From contig JALDAG010000003.1 of NCBI GenBank assembly GCA_022729255.1, positions 1 to 51,665 of the forward strand: DNA of 51,665 nucleotides. Reading direction: 5' to 3'. Below, piece after piece: positions 46,951-51,665 of this stretch. Positions within the stretch are counted from its first letter, which is position 1; each line of letters begins with the position of its first letter. Below the pieces are notes generated by a model, which was given only the letters and a program-made list of their open reading frames with translations, ran no database searches and had not been told where the DNA came from. The DNA comes from Candidatus Nanohalarchaeota archaeon. Lineage in GTDB: Archaea > Nanohalarchaeota > Nanosalinia > Nanosalinales > Nanoanaerosalinaceae. Position numbers and translations under genes: made by a program.

Positions 46951-48711
46951 TCATACCACCTTGTTTATTTTGGCCTCACCGTTCTGACACCGTATGTGGT
47001 AGAGATTGTCCTTGAACCTTTTGTATTTTCTTGTTCCGTTGAACCCCTTCAATGGATCGGCTACTAACTCCCCGTCTTTTATATCTATACCAAACAGGTA
47101 ACGATCTATTGCGTGAACTATCATCGAAGCGCTCCATGCCTGTTCAACGCATCCAAGGTTTTCGCCAGTATCTGAATCAACAATTTCTGGGAATGCGCCT
47201 GGCTGATCGCGATCCATAAGTTTCGAAAACTTTTTCAAAAGGCCAAGTCCTTTTTCAAGCTCTCCTTTCTTTAAATTAGCAGCGGCAAGCCAACCCGTTG
47301 TAAGCCCCCATGTTGAACCCTTGTGGTAGCTTGATGAAGAATATTCTTCGTCTTCTATGGATAAAGTTGCTGCCCCGTATTCGTTTATAAGCTCTGAATT
47401 AAGTTTTTCAAGGGTCTTATCTCCGTCATGGTGCCCGAACATGATAGGTATGGCTATGTTCGCTGTTATGTTATCATTTTCTCTACAGTCCGTCAAAACA
47501 CCGTTTTTATCGAATTCTTCAAGGCCTTTTTCAAGCATTTCATTTGTGCTTGCTCCAAGCATTTTGGTTGCTTCAAGCCAAAGGGAATGTATATCTATGG
47601 CGCTTTTTCTTTCCAATGTGTCCATCCAGGTTCCTTCCGGTATGTGGTCCACGACATTGTTTTTATCTATGTTCAGATGTCCCATGGCCTCAATCATTTT
47701 TTCGTGTATCTCGTCCGTTATCTTGTAATGCTTCTCCAGTTCTTTTGCAGCTATTATGAAGAGAGGTGGAACGTCTTCACCAAGATATCCTGCCTCTTCA
47801 TCTCCCAAGGTTATCTGGTTTGGAAAATTATCTTGTTTTGCAAAGTTTTGGAGAACCTCTAAAGAAAACTCGAAGTATCCAAGATCTATTAATCCTAATA
47901 TAGCCCAGAAAGCGTCTCTGCCCCAGTACTCTTGAAACCAGGGATGTCCCGCTATGATACCTTTGCCGTTCCTGTCATAAACAAGGTTTCTTAGGCTTTT
48001 CTCGGAGTTTGTAAAGCTTCTCTCAATTATCTCGTGGTTTTCTCCAAAGGAGATGCTGTTTTCTTTCTCCTCCAACTTTCCGAACCTTTGACCATTTGTT
48101 GTAAATTCGATTATGTTCTCAGCTTTTTGTTCTGGCCCGATTTTTTTCTTAAAACATAGTTCGCCGGGGACTATACATACCTGTTTTTCCCCTGGAAAAT
48201 GTTCCTTTACTTCTGTTTCCCCTTTTTTTTCAAGGGGCTGTTCTGAACTTACCATAAGCCGTCTGCCGTAGGATTCTACTATCATCTTTTTTTTGGAGAA
48301 CTCGGTCTTGTAACTCGGGTCATGAACATCCTCTGACTTATGTCTTATATCAACGCCTAACTCCATTTTTGTGTGAACCGCCTTAGGGTCTTCAGTATTG
48401 TTTCTGAATTTAAGAGTGACTCTGAAACCTGGAACATCTTCTGGAGTTTCTACAACTTCTTCAACGGTCAAACAATCCAAGTCGTGGTGAAAAACCATCT
48501 TATCTCCGTATTCGGTTTTGAAAAGAGTTTTTGGAGATAGCCACGTCCCGTTTACTTGGAAAGCAAAGTAGTCCAGGAACTTGTATGGCGGCACCCAGAA
48601 ACCAGCCCACTTGGTCTTGAACCCTGTATCCAGATACCTGTGGACGAACCCGTGCATGTTTGATATAGTGCCACAGTACTCATCAAAATCTTTTTCCAGG
48701 ATGTAGTCCAT
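46951..48711 (-). CDS. Amylo-alpha-1,6-glucosidase (glycogen debranching enzyme-like)
   Basis: IAGHPWF..YWGRD, TWMD, YH.G.TW, QAWS. Confidence 0.88.
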   Translation of the reverse strand: MDYILEKDFDEYCGTISNMHGFVHRYLDTGFKTKWAGFWVPPYKFLDYFAFQVNGTWLSPKTLFKTEYGDKMVFHHDLDCLTVEEVVETPEDVPGFRVTLKFRNNTEDPKAVHTKMELGVDIRHKSEDVHDPSYKTEFSKKKMIVESYGRRLMVSSEQPLEKKGETEVKEHFPGEKQVCIVPGELCFKKKIGPEQKAENIIEFTTNGQRFGKLEEKENSISFGENHEIIERSFTNSEKSLRNLVYDRNGKGIIAGHPWFQEYWGRDAFWAILGLIDLGYFEFSLEVLQNFAKQDNFPNQITLGDEEAGYLGEDVPPLFIIAAKELEKHYKITDEIHEKMIEAMGHLNIDKNNVVDHIPEGTWMDTLERKSAIDIHSLWLEATKMLGASTNEMLEKGLEEFDKNGVLTDCRENDNITANIAIPIMFGHHDGDKTLEKLNSELINEYGAATLSIEDEEYSSSSYHKGSTWGLTTGWLAAANLKKGELEKGLGLLKKFSKLMDRDQPGAFPEIVDSDTGENLGCVEQAWSASMIVHAIDRYLFGIDIKDGELVADPLKGFNGTRKYKRFKDNLYHIRCQNGEAKINKVV

Positions 48712-48833
48712 TATAAATAAGGTTGTCAGGGAACCATTATAAAATTTATATTCACTGTTTAACGGTCATAACACTCCTGAACGGCTTTTTTTTGGATAAT
48801 CTTTTAACTGAACACGAACATATTTTCTAATAT

Positions 48834-50678
48834 ATGTCCGGAACAGAAAAAACTGAGACACCAGAAAACCTTGTGGAGGTTTCATACGAGGTTGCAAACA
48901 AGGTGGGAGGGATATATCAAGTTTTGAAGTCAAAAGCCGGCCAGATGAAAAGGAAGTATGGGGAAAATTATGTTACTGTAGGATATTACGATGAAGAAAA
49001 TGCCAGGAAAGATTTTGCGAAGAGATCGACCCATGACTTTCAGGACATATTCGATGAGATGGAAGAGGAGCTGGGCGTCAAGTGCACATATGGCGTGTGG
49101 AAGATAGACCATAATCCCAGCTGTATATTGGTAGATGCAAAAAACATGAAAAAAGACGTGGATGAGATAAAAAAAGAGTTTTGGGAAAGGTACAAGATAG
49201 ATTCTCTTAACTCAGGACCTATGTTCGAAGACCCTCTCAAATGGGCTTTTGCTGTTGGAAGACTGGTGGAAAAGCTTTCTGAAAAGTTTGAGGGCGAAAC
49301 AGTTTTACATGCTCACGAATGGCTTTCTGCCCCTGCAATCTTTGAATCAAGTGTACCAAGCGTTTTCACGACTCATGCAACGGTTTTGGGAAGAGCGCTT
49401 TCAAACTCAGGGCGAGACGTTGTTTCGATGGTAGAAAACTCTGAAGTAAACGACGACATGGTCGAAAACGTGTCACACAGGTATACCAGGCTCAGCAATC
49501 TTGAGAAAAGCTTTGGCGAGAACATAGCTGAACAGTACGGGGTTAAATCAAGACACCAGATGGAAAAAACAGGCGCTATAGAAGCAGATGTTTTTACAAC
49601 AGTTTCTGAGGTAACTTCAGAAGAAGCTCACGCTGTTTTAGGAGTGAAGCCGGACAGGGTTCTACCCAATGGTTTCAACGTTGATGAATTCCCCAGCCTT
49701 GAAGAACTTTCTTATCAACACAAAAAGAAGAAGGAGAGGATGAAATCATTTTTGAGAGCTTATTTTGAGCCATATTACAGCGTGGAACTTGAGAAAGATC
49801 CCAGGATACTTTTCATATCGGGAAGGTACGAGTTCCACAACAAGGGAATTGACGCGTTTATAGACGCGCTTGGTAAATTGAATAAAAAGGAAGGAGACGA
49901 TTTTTTTGTTTTCATATTCGTGCCTGCTGACGTCATGGGAGAGAGATTAGACGTTCTAGAGAACGTTTCACTGTACGATGAACTTGAAGATTACATAGAC
50001 TCTATGCTTCCGGATCTTAAGACAGAGCTTTTAGACAAGATCACTTCCGGAGAAAACGTCGAGGAATTCGTTAAGAACTGGCTTGCGAAGTCCCACGAAC
50101 TAGAGGTCATCAGACAGAACTTCCATGCGAAGAGAGGTGGCGTCCCTCCTTTATGCGCTTATTCTTTGAACTACGACAATGACGATATCATGGAGAGATT
50201 GATGAGCGAAGAGCTTTACAACAGGGAGGAGGACAGGGTTAAAATCATTTTTTACCCCACTTACCTGAAAAGAGGCGACAAAATGCTTTCAATGTCATAT
50301 GAAGACGCAATAAAAGCTACAAGCGCAGGGATATTTCCTAGTTACTATGAGCCATGGGGTTACACTCCCGTTGAAACTGCCGCAAGCGGATGCCTGTCTT
50401 TAACAACCGATTTAGCAGGTTTTGGACAGTATCTGATGGAACACAGCGACATGGAGAAACCAGGCATAGAAGTGGTTAAGAGAAAGGACGTTCCTTACGA
50501 GGACTTTGTTGACTCTTTGGCCGAGAAAATAGAGGCTTTTGTAAATTACACCAAAACAGAGATAACTGAAAGGAAGCACAACGCCAGGAAAGCAGTTCAA
50601 CTAACTTCTTGGAACCGCCTTGTAGATAATTATTATGTTTCGCATTCTATGGCGCTTGAGAGGTCAAAAAATGATTAA
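48834..50678 (+). CDS. Glycogen synthase, GT3 family
   Basis: EVANKVGGIY, HAHEW, FTTHATVLGR, SGRYEFHNKG, FPSYYEPWGYTP.E. Confidence 0.95.
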   Translation: MSGTEKTETPENLVEVSYEVANKVGGIYQVLKSKAGQMKRKYGENYVTVGYYDEENARKDFAKRSTHDFQDIFDEMEEELGVKCTYGVWKIDHNPSCILVDAKNMKKDVDEIKKEFWERYKIDSLNSGPMFEDPLKWAFAVGRLVEKLSEKFEGETVLHAHEWLSAPAIFESSVPSVFTTHATVLGRALSNSGRDVVSMVENSEVNDDMVENVSHRYTRLSNLEKSFGENIAEQYGVKSRHQMEKTGAIEADVFTTVSEVTSEEAHAVLGVKPDRVLPNGFNVDEFPSLEELSYQHKKKKERMKSFLRAYFEPYYSVELEKDPRILFISGRYEFHNKGIDAFIDALGKLNKKEGDDFFVFIFVPADVMGERLDVLENVSLYDELEDYIDSMLPDLKTELLDKITSGENVEEFVKNWLAKSHELEVIRQNFHAKRGGVPPLCAYSLNYDNDDIMERLMSEELYNREEDRVKIIFYPTYLKRGDKMLSMSYEDAIKATSAGIFPSYYEPWGYTPVETAASGCLSLTTDLAGFGQYLMEHSDMEKPGIEVVKRKDVPYEDFVDSLAEKIEAFVNYTKTEITERKHNARKAVQLTSWNRLVDNYYVSHSMALERSKND

Positions 50679-51665
50679 TACAGAGTACTTCAACGTCGAA
50701 ATTGATGAAGTATCTATAGATCCGGACAGACCGCCTTTTTCCGATTATAAGCCGGACATGGAAATGATAAGGAGGAAAGCAGAAAAACAAGAGTTCGATA
50801 ACCTGGTTGTGATAGGTAATGGAGGATCCGTGACTTCTTTTAGAGCATACATGAAAGCTCTAGGGAAAAACACGGATAAAGAAGCATATATTGTTACGAC
50901 CATGGAGCCCGAATACCTTTCAAAACTGTCATCGAAGCTAAAACCTAGCAATACTTTGGTGATGCCTATCAGTAAATCAGGAGAAACGGTTGGAGTCATA
51001 GAGGCGTTGCTGCACTTTATGGAAAAAGGATTTCCCGTTTTCGCTGTCACATCTGATAACGAAGGAGCATTAAAAAAAATAGTTGATAGAAAAGACTTTG
51101 ATTTTATAGAGCATCCTGATATCTCGGGAAGGTTTACAGGAGCCACTGAGACGGCTCTAGTACCGGCTGCTTTTATGGGTTTGGATGCTAAAAGCATAAG
51201 GAAAGGAGCTGAAAAAACTTATGAGAAATTCGAAAAAGAGAACAATAATGCGGCGAAAAAGGCCGCAAAAATCCTTTATGCTGCTGAAAAGGAAGGGATA
51301 GACAAAGTTTTCACTCCCTTTTATTCGACTGAACTGTTCGGTTTCTATCCTCTTTTTGTTCAGCTGATGCACGAAACAGTATGTAAGAAAGGGAAGGGGC
51401 AAACATTTTTCGGAGACATAGGTCCAGAATGTCAGCACCACACCATACAGAGAATTTTCGGTGGTGCCGATGATGTGGTCACAATGCTCTTTCATCTCTC
51501 ACAACACAAGAGCACATTTTTAAAGGTTGGAAAAGAATTTAATGGTATAACCGTTAGGGGAAAAAGTTTGACCGATTTTGACGGTTTTGAACTGGGTAAT
51601 TCCCTTTTTTCGGAGCTTAAAGGTGTAAAAGAAGCATTAAAAATCGATAATAAGCCTTTAATCGA
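50671..51665 (+). CDS. pgi: Glucose-6-phosphate isomerase-like SIS protein (truncated by window end; absent from ORF track)
   Basis: Manual translation MINTEYFN...VVIGNGGS...ISKSGET...SGRFTG...QLMHETVCK...QHH; start overlaps the glycogen synthase stop. Confidence 0.85.
   Translation, partial: MINTEYFNVEIDEVSIDPDRPPFSDYKPDMEMIRRKAEKQEFDNLVVIGNGGSVTSFRAYMKALGKNTDKEAYIVTTMEPEYLSKLSSKLKPSNTLVMPISKSGETVGVIEALLHFMEKGFPVFAVTSDNEGALKKIVDRKDFDFIEHPDISGRFTGATETALVPAAFMGLDAKSIRKGAEKTYEKFEKENNNAAKKAAKILYAAEKEGIDKVFTPFYSTELFGFYPLFVQLMHETVCKKGKGQTFFGDIGPECQHHTIQRIFGGADDVVTMLFHLSQHKSTFLKVGKEFNGITVRGKSLTDFDGFELGNSLFSELKGVKEALKIDNKPLI

Noticed and set aside
41520-48784. Shared 11-mer CTCCTGAACGG at 41520 and 48774 in two divergent promoter regions
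   Set aside because: A single non-palindromic 11-mer match among intergenic DNA is roughly expected by chance.
4926-51495. Many antisense or nested ORFs (e.g. 10798-11457, 43700-44344, 50745-51197)
   Set aside because: Shadows of well-supported genes on the opposite strand; Ser/Phe/Leu-rich with no motifs.

Overview
Chromosomal segment of a small-genome archaeon. Gene content (PolD, Orc1/Cdc6, fibrillarin/Nop5, AglB, GT3 glycogen synthase, ADP-dependent sugar kinase) and a divergent 16S suggest a DPANN lineage, probably Nanohaloarchaeota-like; this placement is inference. The window contains: a minus-strand 16S-tRNA(Ala)-23S rRNA operon (23S runs off the left edge); dnaG and three paralogous unknown genes; a cdc6-DP1-DP2 replication operon with ORB-like clusters at both ends, plus five copies of a 17-bp palindrome; secDF with an N-glycosylation cluster; ileS; a 2-oxoacid dehydrogenase operon; initiator tRNA; and a glycolysis/glycogen cluster. 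I saw no CRISPR array, transposase or integrase. The most unusual region is 41.5-42.2 kb. It holds a ~230-nt multibranch RNA-like fold, then a tRNA-shaped element that keeps the tertiary invariants but lacks an anticodon loop and has a 64-nt two-hairpin D-loop insert. A 60-aa zinc-finger ORF follows, then 3' sequences complementary to the tRNA mimic. All folds and protein calls were made by eye, without database searches.
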